NCBI GenBank assembly: GCA_052246995.1
Contig: JBQPWD010000006.1
Span: 32,001-96,000, forward strand
Direction: 5' to 3'
From: Candidatus Bathyarchaeota archaeon
Lineage (GTDB): Archaea; Thermoproteota; Bathyarchaeia; Hecatellales; Hecatellaceae
Length of the DNA: 64,000 bases
Shown piece by piece: positions 39,049-50,036 of this stretch. Each line of letters starts with the position of its first letter. Positions within the stretch are counted from its first letter, which is position 1. The position numbers were made by a program, and so were the translations under genes. Under the pieces are notes generated by a model. The model was not told the DNA's origin, ran no database searches, and saw only the letters and a program-made list of their open reading frames with translations.

Positions 39049-42000
39049 ATGTCTCTGAGAGAAACACCTAAAAAGGTTTTAATTATTGGAAGTGGCGGTA
39101 TAGTTATTGGACAAGCTGCGGAGTTTGACTATAGCGGTTCCCAGGCTTTAAAGGCTTTACGTGAGGAAGGGATTGAAACCATTCTTGTAAATCCTAATGT
39201 TGCAACAATTCAAACAAGTTTAAGATTGGCTGATAAAGTTTACCTTGAACCTTTAACACCTGAAGTTGTTGCTGAAATTATTAGAAAAGAAAAACCTGAC
39301 GGAATTTTACTTGGTTTTGGAGGGCAAACAGCCTTAAACATTGGAGTTAAACTGGATGAAATGGGAGTGTTAGAAGCAGAAGGTGTTAAGGTTTTTGGAA
39401 GTTCTATTGAAACTATAAGAAAGACTGAAGATAGAGACCTTTTTAAAAAGGAAATGATTGAAGCCAATGTTCCAGTACCTATAAGTCACGCAGCATACTC
39501 AGTTGAGGAGGCTGTTAAAATTGCCAGAGAAATTGGTTATCCAGTAATTCTTAGACCTGCCTACATTCTTGGAGGATATGGTTCAACAGTAGTTTACAAC
39601 GAGGAAAGTCTTAAAGATGCTGTGTTAAAAGCTATTGGATTAAGCTTAGAAGGTCAAGTTCTTGTTGAACAATACCTTGAAAATTGGAAGGAAATTGAAT
39701 ATGAAGTTATGAGAGATTATGCTGACAACTGTATAACTGTTGCAGCCCTAGAAAACTTTGACCCTTTAGGGATACATACAGGAGATAGTATTGTTGTTGC
39801 CCCAACCCAAACGTTAACAAACAGAGAATACCATCTTCTTAGAAGTGCAGGGATTAGGGTTGTTAAGAAGTTAAAGGTTGTAGGCGAATGTAATATACAG
39901 TTTGGGCTTAGCCCTCGCGGTGAAGATTATGTTTCTATCGAAGTTAACGCTAGAATGTCTAGGTCTAGCGCCTTAGCATCAAAAGCTACAGGGTATCCTT
40001 TAGCCTACATTGCAGCTAAGCTTGCTATAGGATATACCCTACCTGAACTTGTAAATAAGGTTACAGGTGTAACAACAGCATGCTTTGAACCTGCCCTAGA
40101 TTATGTTGTTGTTAAAATTCCAAGATGGGATTTCCAAAAGTTTCCAGGTCCTGTAGATAGAACCCTAGGTTCACAAATGAAGTCTGTTGGCGAGGTTATG
40201 GCTATTGGAAGATGTTTTGAGGAGGCTTTACAAAAGGCTATCCGCGGCCTTGAAATAGGCAAAATAGGGCTTGTATGCAACAAGTCAAACCCTGTTAAAA
40301 GGTCTAAAGAAGAAATCGAAAAACTATTGCGGCATCCAACTGATGAAAGAATCTTTGTTATTGCTGAGGCATTGGAAAAAGAATTTTTTGATGTTGATGA
40401 AATCTCTAAGCTTACAGGGATTGACCGTTGGTTTATCTGTAAAATTAAGAATATTGTTGAGATAAAGAAAAAGCTGGAAAAGCTTTCTCTTGAAGATGAG
40501 GAGTCTGTTGAAGTTATACGTGAAGCAAAAAAATATGGTTTTTCAGATAGTCAAATAGCGGTATGCTTAGGAATTAGTGAAAAAGAGGTTAGAAGCTTTA
40601 GGAAAAAATTTGGTATTAAACCTTCATTTAAAATCATAGACACCATGGCGGCGGAGTGGGCTTCCAAAACAAACTATTGTTATGTAACCTATGGAGATGT
40701 TGAAAATGATGTTGATTTTTCGGAGAATAAGAAAAAGGTTCTAATTCTTGGTGCAGGATGTATAAGAATTGGAAGTAGCGTTGAATTTGATTACTGTACA
40801 ATGAATACAGCATGGTCTTTAAAAGAGGAGGGAATTGACGAAATTATAGTTTTAAACAACAACCCTGAAACAGTTTCAACAGACTATGATATGTCCGACA
40901 AGCTATATTTTGATGAAATAACGCTTGAAAGAGTTTTAGACATAGTTGAAGCTGAAAAACCAATAGGTGTTGTTGCGAATGTTGGTGGGCAAACATCAAA
41001 TAACCTAGCTTTACCGCTGGAAAAACATGGAGTTAAACTTTTAGGCACTTCTGGAGTAAAAGTTGATAGAGCTGAAGATAGAGCTAAATTTAGCGCCCTA
41101 CTTGATAAACTAAACATACCTCAACCAAAGTGGAGTAGTGTAACCTCACTTGAGAACGCTAAAAAATTTGCTGAAGAAATAGGTTACCCTGTTTTAGTAC
41201 GTCCATCTTATGTTCTTTCAGGTGCCGCTATGAGGGTTGCTAATGATGAAAAAGAGCTTTTAGAGTATATTAGAAACGCAACATTAATTTCACCGGAATA
41301 CCCGGTTGTTATCAGCAAATTTATTGAGGACTCAAAAGAAGTTGAGGTTGATGCTGTTTCTGATGGTGAGGAAACCCTTATAGGGGCAATAATTGAGCAT
41401 ATTGAGCTTGCAGGTACCCATAGTGGAGATGCAACAATGATTATTCCGGTACAAACGTTAACAAACGAGGAAACAGAAAAAATTAAGAATTATACCAACA
41501 TGATTGCAAAGGAAATTGGCATTATAGGACCATTTAACATTCAATTTTTAGTTAAGAATGGTGAAGTTTACGTTATTGAGCTTAACCTTAGAGCCAGTAG
41601 AAGCATGCCTTATACGAGTAAATGTACAGGAATGCCGCTAATTTATATTGGCGGAAAAGTTATGATGGGTAAAAAAATTGGAGAGTTAAACATTAACATA
41701 AATAGTGACTATAAAAACAACAGGAAAATAGTTGGAGTTAAAATGCCGACGTTTTCATTTCTAAGAATTAAAGGGGCAGATCCATTTTTAGGTGTTGAAA
41801 TGACTTCGACTGGTGAAGTAGCATGCTTGGATGATAGTGTTGAAGGTGCACTGCTGAAAGCTTTTCTAGCTTCAGGTTTAAGTATACCTAAACCAAAAAA
41901 GTTTATCCTTATTAGTGTTCGTGAAAAGGATAAGAAAGATGCTTTAGAAATTGCAAGATACGCTAGAGAAATAGGATATCCATTAATTGCAACCAATGGT

Positions 42001-42321
42001 ACAGCAAAAATTCTTCAAGAGGACGGTATGGAAGTTCTTAGCTTAGGAAAGATTAGTGAAGGCATTAGAAGTATACCAAAAATGATTTCAGCCGGAGACA
42101 TAGGCTTAGTTATAAACACACCTACTCCGACAAAAGAAAAAACTATAGATGATAATTATATTATCAGGCGTACCGCTACAGAGTTCTCGGTTCCAGTTTT
42201 AACAAGAATTGAAACTGCCAAAGCATTTATGAGGGCTTTAGCCGAGAAAAGCTGCTCAAAACTTAACATAAAATCGCTAAACGAGTACCATAAAGAAAAC
42301 CCGTGGTTAAAGTATGTTTAG
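39049..42321 (+). CDS. carB: Carbamoyl-phosphate synthase large subunit
   Basis: IGQAAEFDYSG, HTGDS, SRSSALASKATGYP, NNNPETVSTDYD, MGS domain. Confidence 0.98.
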   Translation: MSLRETPKKVLIIGSGGIVIGQAAEFDYSGSQALKALREEGIETILVNPNVATIQTSLRLADKVYLEPLTPEVVAEIIRKEKPDGILLGFGGQTALNIGVKLDEMGVLEAEGVKVFGSSIETIRKTEDRDLFKKEMIEANVPVPISHAAYSVEEAVKIAREIGYPVILRPAYILGGYGSTVVYNEESLKDAVLKAIGLSLEGQVLVEQYLENWKEIEYEVMRDYADNCITVAALENFDPLGIHTGDSIVVAPTQTLTNREYHLLRSAGIRVVKKLKVVGECNIQFGLSPRGEDYVSIEVNARMSRSSALASKATGYPLAYIAAKLAIGYTLPELVNKVTGVTTACFEPALDYVVVKIPRWDFQKFPGPVDRTLGSQMKSVGEVMAIGRCFEEALQKAIRGLEIGKIGLVCNKSNPVKRSKEEIEKLLRHPTDERIFVIAEALEKEFFDVDEISKLTGIDRWFICKIKNIVEIKKKLEKLSLEDEESVEVIREAKKYGFSDSQIAVCLGISEKEVRSFRKKFGIKPSFKIIDTMAAEWASKTNYCYVTYGDVENDVDFSENKKKVLILGAGCIRIGSSVEFDYCTMNTAWSLKEEGIDEIIVLNNNPETVSTDYDMSDKLYFDEITLERVLDIVEAEKPIGVVANVGGQTSNNLALPLEKHGVKLLGTSGVKVDRAEDRAKFSALLDKLNIPQPKWSSVTSLENAKKFAEEIGYPVLVRPSYVLSGAAMRVANDEKELLEYIRNATLISPEYPVVISKFIEDSKEVEVDAVSDGEETLIGAIIEHIELAGTHSGDATMIIPVQTLTNEETEKIKNYTNMIAKEIGIIGPFNIQFLVKNGEVYVIELNLRASRSMPYTSKCTGMPLIYIGGKVMMGKKIGELNININSDYKNNRKIVGVKMPTFSFLRIKGADPFLGVEMTSTGEVACLDDSVEGALLKAFLASGLSIPKPKKFILISVREKDKKDALEIARYAREIGYPLIATNGTAKILQEDGMEVLSLGKISEGIRSIPKMISAGDIGLVINTPTPTKEKTIDDNYIIRRTATEFSVPVLTRIETAKAFMRALAEKSCSKLNIKSLNEYHKENPWLKYV

Positions 42322-42342
42322 AAAAAGTAGTTAAGTAATTTT

Positions 42343-42966
42343 TTAACCTTTAAACTTTAAAATAAGGTTTAAGAAGTATTCATGAAACCTTAAATCATCT
42401 GTAAGCTCAGGATGAAATGCTGTTGCTAAAAGATTTCCATTTTGGACAGCGACAATTTTTTCCTCGTATTTGGCTAAAACTTTAACATTACCCCAAACCT
42501 TTTCAACTATAGGGGCTCTAATAAAAACAGCTGGAAAAGGTTTTTCACCTAAAAGAGGTATCTCAAGGTCAACTTCAAAAGATTCCCTTTGTCTTCCAAA
42601 AGCATTTCTAACAACCCTAATATCCATCAAGCCAAAGGTTGGCTGGTTAACAACACCAATTTTTGCATCATAAACCTCCTTAGCTAAAAGTATTAAGCCA
42701 GCACACGTACCAAAAATTGGGGTACCGTGTTTAGCTTTCTCAACAATCTTACTACTCAAATTGGTCTTTTCAGCCACACGACCAACAGTCGTGCTTTCAC
42801 CACCAGGAATAATAAACCCATCAAGGTTGGTAATATCATCAGCCTTTTTAGCTGGAAAGACAGAACCTTCAACATTGCACTTTTTAAGTGTTTTTTCCAT
42901 AACATTAATATGCTCTGAAACTGCGCCCTGAATTCCTAAAACGCCAATTAAAACTTTAGCCATCAC
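42343..42966 (-). CDS. pdxT: PLP synthase glutaminase subunit
   Basis: PGGESTT, GTCAG, RNAFGRQ, FHPE. Confidence 0.96.
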   Translation of the reverse strand: MMAKVLIGVLGIQGAVSEHINVMEKTLKKCNVEGSVFPAKKADDITNLDGFIIPGGESTTVGRVAEKTNLSSKIVEKAKHGTPIFGTCAGLILLAKEVYDAKIGVVNQPTFGLMDIRVVRNAFGRQRESFEVDLEIPLLGEKPFPAVFIRAPIVEKVWGNVKVLAKYEEKIVAVQNGNLLATAFHPELTDDLRFHEYFLNLILKFKG

Positions 42967-42998
42967 AAACCCAACCTAACAAGTTAAGAATAATTTAG

Positions 42999-43898
42999 CT
43001 ATAATCCTCTTACCTGCATAAGTTGCTCAGGCTTTAAAGTTTTGATATCAACACCAACCATAGATTTTCTTTCACTAACCATTCTTGAGGCTTCAGCAAC
43101 CACCTCAGGTTTTTCCCAGTAAGTTGTGGCTAAAACGATGGCTTTTCCTCTTTCTAGCGGGTCTTCAGATTTAAAAATCCCTGAACCAACAAACACTCCA
43201 TCAGCCCCAAGCCACATCATCAAAGCTGCATCTGCAGGAGTGGCTATACCGCCAGCTGCAAAGTTTACAACGGGTAATCTTCCAAGTTTAGCTGTTTCGT
43301 TTACAAGTTCAAATGGAACCTTAAATTCTCTTGCAACATCCAAAAGTTGTTCTTCACTCATTCCTTGAAGTTCCCTAATTTTACCCATAACAAGCTTCAT
43401 ATGTTTTACAGCTTCACAAACGTTTCCAGTTCCAGCTTCACCTTTAGTCCTAATCATTGCGGCGCCCTCAGCTATTCTTCTTAAAGCTTCTCCAAGGTCT
43501 CTTGCACCATTAACAAATGGAACCTTAAACTCCCACTTATTAATGTGGTGATGCTCATCTGCAGGTGTTAAAACTTCACTTTCATCTATCATGTCAACCC
43601 CTATAGCCTCAAGAACTTTAGCCTCCATGTAATGGCCTATTCTACATTTAGCCATAACAGGTATGGTTACATGGTCCATAACTTCTTCAATAACCTTGAT
43701 GTCACACATCCTAGCAACTCCTCCAGCTTTTCTAACATCGGCTGGGAGTTTATCTAACACCATAACTGCAACTGCACCAGCATCCTCGGCAATTTGGGCC
43801 TGCTCAACATTAGTAACATCCATAATGACTCCGCCTTTTTGCATTTTAGCAAACCCGCGTTTTAAGATGATTGTGCCATAGATAGGCTTGGAAAACAT
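42999..43898 (-). CDS. pdxS: PLP synthase subunit PdxS
   Basis: [41 protein letters not shown]. Confidence 0.97.
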   Translation of the reverse strand: MFSKPIYGTIILKRGFAKMQKGGVIMDVTNVEQAQIAEDAGAVAVMVLDKLPADVRKAGGVARMCDIKVIEEVMDHVTIPVMAKCRIGHYMEAKVLEAIGVDMIDESEVLTPADEHHHINKWEFKVPFVNGARDLGEALRRIAEGAAMIRTKGEAGTGNVCEAVKHMKLVMGKIRELQGMSEEQLLDVAREFKVPFELVNETAKLGRLPVVNFAAGGIATPADAALMMWLGADGVFVGSGIFKSEDPLERGKAIVLATTYWEKPEVVAEASRMVSERKSMVGVDIKTLKPEQLMQVRGL

Positions 43899-44473
43899 GC
43901 TTTACAATCCCCCGCGTTTTTCACCCTTTTTAATTAAATTAACAGTTAATACTAATTCTACTATGCATGTGCACTAAGATAAAGCTAAATTCAGAATCCC
44001 TATATAAGGATTTAATTTAAAAGCTAACTTTCCTCCTGTATGATAGGCTTGGTGAAACTTTGATAGATTGGTAGTTTCCTTTTCCAACCCAGTTTGAAAG
44101 TATAACTCTGCTTTTCACCCTACTTTTATGTGAATCATAGCCAACCAAGAGAACTAGATGTCCGTTTCTGGTTCTGGAGGAGAAAATTGTTGCATAACGT
44201 TTTAACCTACATTTAAGCCTATGAAGCTCAATCTTCCGGAGAGGAGGTAAAATTTCCCTCCAAACTTCAAGCTTACCTTTAAGTTTCTGCGCAACATCTC
44301 CAACTTTTAACCCTCTATGCATATCTTAAAATCCTCCAAACTTAGCTTCAGCGACAAAAAAAGTTTTAGCAACCCAAATATATAAGCAGTATTTAACGGC
44401 TGTAAAACTATAAAACAAAAAATTTTTAACCTGCATTTGTAGATTCACATTATTTAAAAAAAGGGTTTAAACA

Positions 44474-45616
44474 ATGAAGAGCGTAGCCAAAAGAGAGTCA
44501 ATGATTGAGAGACCAGCCTACAGAGTCATAAGAGATTATGCAGCCAGACTGGGGTATAAGGACATAATATATCTAAATGTTGGAGAACCCGACTTTCCAA
44601 GTCCACCAAACGTCGTCGAAGCAGCTAAAAAAGCTATGGATGAAGGATTTACACACTACACTGAAGAAAGAGGTTTAAGTGAGCTTAGAGAAATTTTAGC
44701 ATTAAAGATTAGCGGCGAAAGAGGGATTGAAGTTGATGCTGATGGTATACTTATAACAAACGGTAGCGCTGAAGGCATATTTGTAACCTTGATGACTATT
44801 GTTGACAACGATGATGAGGTAGTAATTGTTAAACCTTACTATCCTCCCTACCTTTATTGTGTTAGAGTTTCCTCAGGAAAACCTGTTTTTGTTTCACCGG
44901 AAGATGAAACATTAACACCAAGCGTGGAAAGCATAAAAGCTGCTGTAACAAATAAAACTAAAGCTATAATTGTTAACAGTCCATGCAACCCTACAGGAGT
45001 TGTCTACGGTGAAGAAGTTTTAAAAACAATCAACGACCTTGCAGAAGACTACGGGTTCTATGTTTTATCAGATGAAGTTTATGATAAATTTGTTTACGAA
45101 GGGGAACATCGTAGCATAGCCTCCTACGACAAAACCATTGAGCATACAATAATTATCAACAGTTTCTCAAAGACTTATGCAATGACAGGTTGGAGGATAG
45201 GATATCTCGCATGTAGAAGCGAGATTACATCGAAAATACTTAAAATTAAAAGTGCTGTAAATGTCTGTGCAAACGCTATTTCCCAGAAAGCTGCGATTGA
45301 GGCTTTAAAAAATTCTGATAGCTATGTTAAAATGATGCTTACAGAATACAGAAAAAGGAGAGAGATTGTTTTAGAAGCATTATCAAAGCTTCCAAAAATT
45401 AGGGTTCCAATTCCTAAAGGAGCATTTTACGTTTTTCCAGATATATCTCAAATAGAAAAAGATTCTTTAAAGTTTACAATGTGGCTACTTGAAAAAGCTC
45501 ATGTCGTTGTGGGTCCTGGTGTGGCGTTTGGTATGGATGGTTACATCAGAATTTCCTATTCAAATTCAATAGCCAACCTTAAAAACGCAATGGATAGGAT
45601 TGCTAGCGTACTTTAA
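44474..45616 (+). CDS. PLP-dependent class I/II aminotransferase
   Basis: GEPDF, NSPCNPTG, SDEVY, SFSKTYAMTGWRIG. Confidence 0.95.
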   Translation: MKSVAKRESMIERPAYRVIRDYAARLGYKDIIYLNVGEPDFPSPPNVVEAAKKAMDEGFTHYTEERGLSELREILALKISGERGIEVDADGILITNGSAEGIFVTLMTIVDNDDEVVIVKPYYPPYLYCVRVSSGKPVFVSPEDETLTPSVESIKAAVTNKTKAIIVNSPCNPTGVVYGEEVLKTINDLAEDYGFYVLSDEVYDKFVYEGEHRSIASYDKTIEHTIIINSFSKTYAMTGWRIGYLACRSEITSKILKIKSAVNVCANAISQKAAIEALKNSDSYVKMMLTEYRKRREIVLEALSKLPKIRVPIPKGAFYVFPDISQIEKDSLKFTMWLLEKAHVVVGPGVAFGMDGYIRISYSNSIANLKNAMDRIASVL

Positions 45617-45640
45617 ATCAGGCTGTTAGGGAGATGATTT

Positions 45641-46216
45641 ACGGAGGATAAAGTTTTTTTAATACTTAACAATAATAGTGAAACCATAGACAACCTTTAC
45701 CGGATACTTAAAGAGTTTAATGTAAAATTTGAAGTTAAAAGTCCAGGTCAGTATTTCAACCATGAAAACTATTTAGGTATAATTATTTCAGGCGGGTTCT
45801 TGCCAAGAAACAAGTACAAGGAGCTTTTAGCATGGTATGGAAACCTTTTATCTCTAACAAATCTACCAATTTTAGGTATATGTTTAGGGTTAAAGATTTT
45901 AGGATACCAGTATGGTGCCAGAATTAGGAAGATGAGTGAGGGTGAAAACGGTATAGTTAAAATTTTTTTCCATAAAGATTATCCATTAGCACCTAATATT
46001 AAGGAGCTTAAGGTTTACGAGCTTCATGATTATGAGCTAATTTCAATTGGAGAAGGTTTAGAGAATTATGCAAGCTCAGAAAAATGTAAAATTCAAGCAG
46101 TAAAACATAAGATTAAACCTCAGTATGGTGTTCAATTTCATCCAGAGGTTAGTGATAATAATGATGGTAAAATAGTGATTAAAAACTTTATAGAAAAATG
46201 TTTTAGAAAATCATAA
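45641..46216 (+). CDS. Class I glutamine amidotransferase (GMP synthase A-like); probable ACG start
   Basis: GIIISGG (upstream of the annotated TTG), PILGICLG, YGVQFHPE; frame open from 45638. Confidence 0.75.
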   Translation, partial: TEDKVFLILNNNSETIDNLYRILKEFNVKFEVKSPGQYFNHENYLGIIISGGFLPRNKYKELLAWYGNLLSLTNLPILGICLGLKILGYQYGARIRKMSEGENGIVKIFFHKDYPLAPNIKELKVYELHDYELISIGEGLENYASSEKCKIQAVKHKIKPQYGVQFHPEVSDNNDGKIVIKNFIEKCFRKS

Positions 46217-46303
46217 AAACAAATTTAGGATATGCTTAAGTTTTAGCTTTATTACATAATTACATATAATCTAAGTTTAAATTTTTTAAACTGGTTAGAG
46301 AGG

Positions 46304-47092
46304 TTGGAACTTATAAATAATGGTACCTATGTCTTGCTTTATCTTGATGAAAAAAGAAAGTTTTTGGTTAAGGTTGAGAGTGGAAAGGTTTTCCATACTC
46401 ATAAGGGATATATTAAGCTTGAAGAACTTATAGGTAAACCTTATGGTGTCAAAGTTAAAAGTAATATGAATACCAGTTTTATAGCTTTAAAGCCAACCTT
46501 GAAAGATTATCTTATAAGAATAGCAAGAAAAACCCAAATTCTTTATCCTAAGGATATGGCATTAATCCTGCTTTACACCAACACTAGTTCAGGTTCAAGG
46601 GTTGTTGAAGGTGGTACTGGTAGTGGAGCATTAGCATCTCTACTAGCTTTTTACGTTAAACCTAATGGTAAAGTTTACAGTTACGATGTTAACAAAGAAT
46701 TTTTAAGAATTGCAGAAAGGAATCTTGAAAAGCTTGGTTTAATTGATTACGTCATTTTAAAAAACTTAGATTTAACAGAAGGAATAGAAGAAGTTGATGT
46801 TGACGCTGTTATACTTGACATGCCAACTCCATGGCTTGTTGTTCCCCATGCCTATAAAGCATTAAAAAATACTGGAGTTTTTGCATCTTTTAGCCCAACT
46901 ATTGAGCAAGTTATAAAGACGGTTGAAGCTATGAAAAAGGAAGGGTTTACCAGTATTGAAACTGTTGAATGTATGGTTAGAGAATATCAAGTAGAAACTG
47001 GACGTACAAGACCCAAAACTTTAACAGTGGCACATACAGGCTACCTAACTTTTGGGAGGAAGATGTTGAGTGAGGATGACCGTAGCGGGTAA
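46304..47092 (+). CDS. trmI: tRNA (adenine-N1)-methyltransferase
   Basis: FHTHKG, RKTQILYPKD, EGGTGSG, LDMPTPW, HTGYL. Confidence 0.95.
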   Translation: MELINNGTYVLLYLDEKRKFLVKVESGKVFHTHKGYIKLEELIGKPYGVKVKSNMNTSFIALKPTLKDYLIRIARKTQILYPKDMALILLYTNTSSGSRVVEGGTGSGALASLLAFYVKPNGKVYSYDVNKEFLRIAERNLEKLGLIDYVILKNLDLTEGIEEVDVDAVILDMPTPWLVVPHAYKALKNTGVFASFSPTIEQVIKTVEAMKKEGFTSIETVECMVREYQVETGRTRPKTLTVAHTGYLTFGRKMLSEDDRSG

Positions 47093-47093
47093 A

Positions 47094-47708
47094 TTACTCA
47101 CCGAAAAGAAGCTTTGCTATATCCCTTCTCATGGCTGTTTTAACCGCCTTAGCCCTCTCCTCCAATGTTTCATTTATCCTTATTCTTCCATCCAATGTTG
47201 ATAGGATAAAGCCTCCAATACTGTTTATTGGATGGTTATCAAATGTTATTTTAATGTTTGCAGGAAGGTTAAGCATCCTAAGTATAGCATCTTTATGTTT
47301 AAGGTCTCTATGGTTTAGAGATATCTTTAAATTGGTTTCACCAAGCTGGGGAGCTATGGTTTCAATAAGTTTCGATAAGCTTTGAGTGTATAATTCTGTT
47401 TCAACAATTTTTTTAAGCCGATTTAACGCTTCATTAAAAGCTTCTTCAATAAGCTTGTTTTTTTCTTCTAGGATTTTTAATGAAAACTGACGTCTAGCTT
47501 CACTAAGTTTTCTAGCTTCTATGAACCTTGCCTCTTCCACCACCCTAACCTTAATTTTTTCAGCCTCATTCTCTGCTTCAGCTTTAGCCTTGTTAACTAT
47601 TTCCTCAGCCTCCTTCTTAGCTTCTTCAATCCTTTTTTGGGCTTCTGCTTGTGCTTCAGCAATTATTTCTTCACTAATTTTTGAAATAACAGTTAAACTT
47701 GAGCTCAT
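47094..47708 (-). CDS. atpE: A/V-type ATP synthase subunit E
   Basis: Long N-terminal coiled coil; C-terminal IGGFILSTLDGRIRINETLE. Confidence 0.85.
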   Translation of the reverse strand: MSSSLTVISKISEEIIAEAQAEAQKRIEEAKKEAEEIVNKAKAEAENEAEKIKVRVVEEARFIEARKLSEARRQFSLKILEEKNKLIEEAFNEALNRLKKIVETELYTQSLSKLIETIAPQLGETNLKISLNHRDLKHKDAILRMLNLPANIKITFDNHPINSIGGFILSTLDGRIRINETLEERAKAVKTAMRRDIAKLLFGE

Positions 47709-48040
47709 ATTTTCCCACCTAAAACTTCTTCAACTATTTTTTTAACAGCCTTATCCATATTTTTAGATGCTCTTTCTCTGAGGGATGAGATTTTTATGGT
47801 TGCTTCCTTCTCTAGTTCCTTAAGCTTTCTTTCAGCTTCCTCTTCAGCCTTTTTTAGCATTTCACTACTCTCAACTTTAGCTTTCTTAACAATTTCTTCC
47901 TTAACTTTTTCAGCCTTCATCGTGGCATCTAGTCTTATTCTGCTGGCTTCAGCTTCAGCTTCCTCTATTATTTTACGTGCTGCATCTTCAGCTTCTCTAA
48001 TTTTTTTAATCACTTCAACTGAAGACAATTTCCTCTCCAC
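47705..48040 (-). CDS. A/V-type ATP synthase subunit H (G-like stator)
   Basis: IKKIREAE..A..IIEEA coiled coil ending NMDKAVKKIVEEV; overlaps subunit E. Confidence 0.75.
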   Translation of the reverse strand: MERKLSSVEVIKKIREAEDAARKIIEEAEAEASRIRLDATMKAEKVKEEIVKKAKVESSEMLKKAEEEAERKLKELEKEATIKISSLRERASKNMDKAVKKIVEEVLGGKI

Positions 48041-48129
48041 AATCTTATGCTTTTATTAGCAAAACAAAAATTAGCTTACTATGGTATATAAATTATTGGT
48101 TAACACCTTAAGTTAGGGATACTGGTAAA

Positions 48130-49398
48130 ATGCTAATAATCGCGGATTTGCATCTCCACTCCAAGTATTCACGTGCAACAAGCAAACAAATGGACTTGAA
48201 TGGTCTATCCTTAGGTGCAAAGATGAAAGGCTTAACTCTGCTAGGAACTGGAGATATAACTCATCCCGCATGGTTTAATGAGTTAAAATCTAAGCTTGTC
48301 GAGGTTGACAACTCCGGAATATACGCCTACAATGGGGTATACTTCACGTTAAGCGGGGAAGTTGCAACATATTTTGAGTTTGAAGGAAAAAGTAGAAGGG
48401 TACACCATGTAATACATTTACCATCGTTTGAGGAAGCTGAGCAATTAAATGAAAAGCTTTCAAAGTATGGAGAACTGTCCATTGATGGTAGACCAGTATT
48501 GAACATCAGCAGTCCAGAGCTTGTTGAAATCTTAATGGAGGTGGATAGCAAAATCTTAATTTACCCTGCACATGCATGGACGCCTTGGATGAGTTGTTTA
48601 GGCAGTAAATCAGGGTTTAACTCATTAGAAGAATGTTATCAAGACCAAGTAAACCATGTTTTTAGTCTTGAGACAGGGTTAAGCAGCGATCCTGCAATGA
48701 ATTGGAGGGTTTCAAAACTTGACAAGTTTACTCTTCTTTCAAACTCTGATGCACACTCACCAAGTACTTTACGTCTAGGACGAGAGGCAAATGTTTTTAA
48801 CGTTGGAAAGCTTTCTTACATGGAAGTTTATGAGGCGATTAAAAACAAGGATAGAAGTAAGTTTCTTTTTACAATAGAAACAGATCCAAATTATGGCAAG
48901 TATCACTATGATGGACATAGAGAATGTGGTGTAAGTTTAAGTCCTAGTGAAGCAAAAAAGTTAAACAACATTTGTCCGAAATGTGGGAGAACATTAACTG
49001 TAGGCGTGCTACATAGAGTTGAAGAGTTAGCAGATAGACCTGAAGGATTTACCCCTGAAAATGCTATACCGTTTAAATCTTTACTTCCACTTTACGAGAT
49101 AATCTTCTTCACCTTCGGTGGAAAGGTTACAAGTAAAGCAATTCTTGAAGAACAAAATAAGCTTATAGGTAAATTTTCTAACGAATTAAACATCTTACTT
49201 AATGTTCCAAAAGAGGAGCTTTTAAAGATAACGCATAAAAAAATTGCTGAAGCAATAATTAGGGTTAGAGGGGGAAAAATAAGGTACATCGCAGGTTATG
49301 ATGGTGTTTACGGTAAACCAATAATCTCTTCTGAAGAAGAAGAGGGAAAAATAGTTAAAACTAGGAAATATTCTAAAAGTTTAGAAGAATTTTTTTAG
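48130..49398 (+). CDS. Endonuclease Q family (PHP domain + Zn finger)
   Basis: DLHLHSKYS, GTGD, PAHAWTP, ETGLSSD, SNSDAHS, GKYH..GHREC, CPKCG, GYDGVYG. Confidence 0.9.
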   Translation: MLIIADLHLHSKYSRATSKQMDLNGLSLGAKMKGLTLLGTGDITHPAWFNELKSKLVEVDNSGIYAYNGVYFTLSGEVATYFEFEGKSRRVHHVIHLPSFEEAEQLNEKLSKYGELSIDGRPVLNISSPELVEILMEVDSKILIYPAHAWTPWMSCLGSKSGFNSLEECYQDQVNHVFSLETGLSSDPAMNWRVSKLDKFTLLSNSDAHSPSTLRLGREANVFNVGKLSYMEVYEAIKNKDRSKFLFTIETDPNYGKYHYDGHRECGVSLSPSEAKKLNNICPKCGRTLTVGVLHRVEELADRPEGFTPENAIPFKSLLPLYEIIFFTFGGKVTSKAILEEQNKLIGKFSNELNILLNVPKEELLKITHKKIAEAIIRVRGGKIRYIAGYDGVYGKPIISSEEEEGKIVKTRKYSKSLEEFF

Positions 49399-49964
49399 GT
49401 TTTTGTTTGATATCTTCTATTAAATAGAAGTTTACTTTCCTTCTTTTTACCGAAAAAATAGGAAAAACAAACATTAAAAGAAAAACCAGTAAGGCTAAAG
49501 TTCTCCAGCCAAAAATTTCTAAATCTGATTTCCAGCTTAAAACCTCAAAACTAACATCTTTAACAACTTTCCCATTAACTAAAAATATAAACCAGTATTT
49601 TCCCGGGGGGAAGCTCACCTAAATTGTAAGTGTAAGATTTTTCCGTTATAACCTGAATTGAAGGCCCTGTCCACATATCAACTTTACTGTCGCTATAAAA
49701 TGTTAAGCCTTCTTTTTTAAGAGAACCCCACTCAACATTAAAACCTCCATGTGGAAAAATTATGGATATCTTAACTTCTACAAGCTTATTGTACACCGCA
49801 ACATCAATGTTAACCGTATCGGAGCTTGGAGTATAAGGAATCCATTTATCAGTATAAGGTAAGGGTTGTTGTATTGGTGTTGTTAAGAAAAAGGATATGG
49901 CCAGTAGGAATAACGTAAAGATTGTTTTATGAAACAACATTTTCCGATGTAGATTGTAACACAT
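49373..49964 (-). pseudogene. Exported protein with signal peptide and C-terminal TM anchor, split by a frameshift near 49600
   Basis: Two overlapping ORFs both read PPGK at the CCCCCCGGGAAAA run; joined product is LGELPPGKYWFIFLVNG...TM. Confidence 0.6.
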
Positions 49965-50036
49965 GCAAACTAAATAAACTTTAAACAGCCAAAAAACAGA
50001 TAAACATTAAAAACTAAAAATTTTCTGACAACCTTT

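Noticed and set aside
44017-44322. 101-aa ORF upstream of pdxS
   Set aside because: No recognisable motif; cannot distinguish a real small gene from a remnant, so not annotated
49598-49610. GGGAAAA as a programmed -1 frameshift site
   Set aside because: The heptamer is in the wrong phase, and joining the ORFs needs a +1 shift
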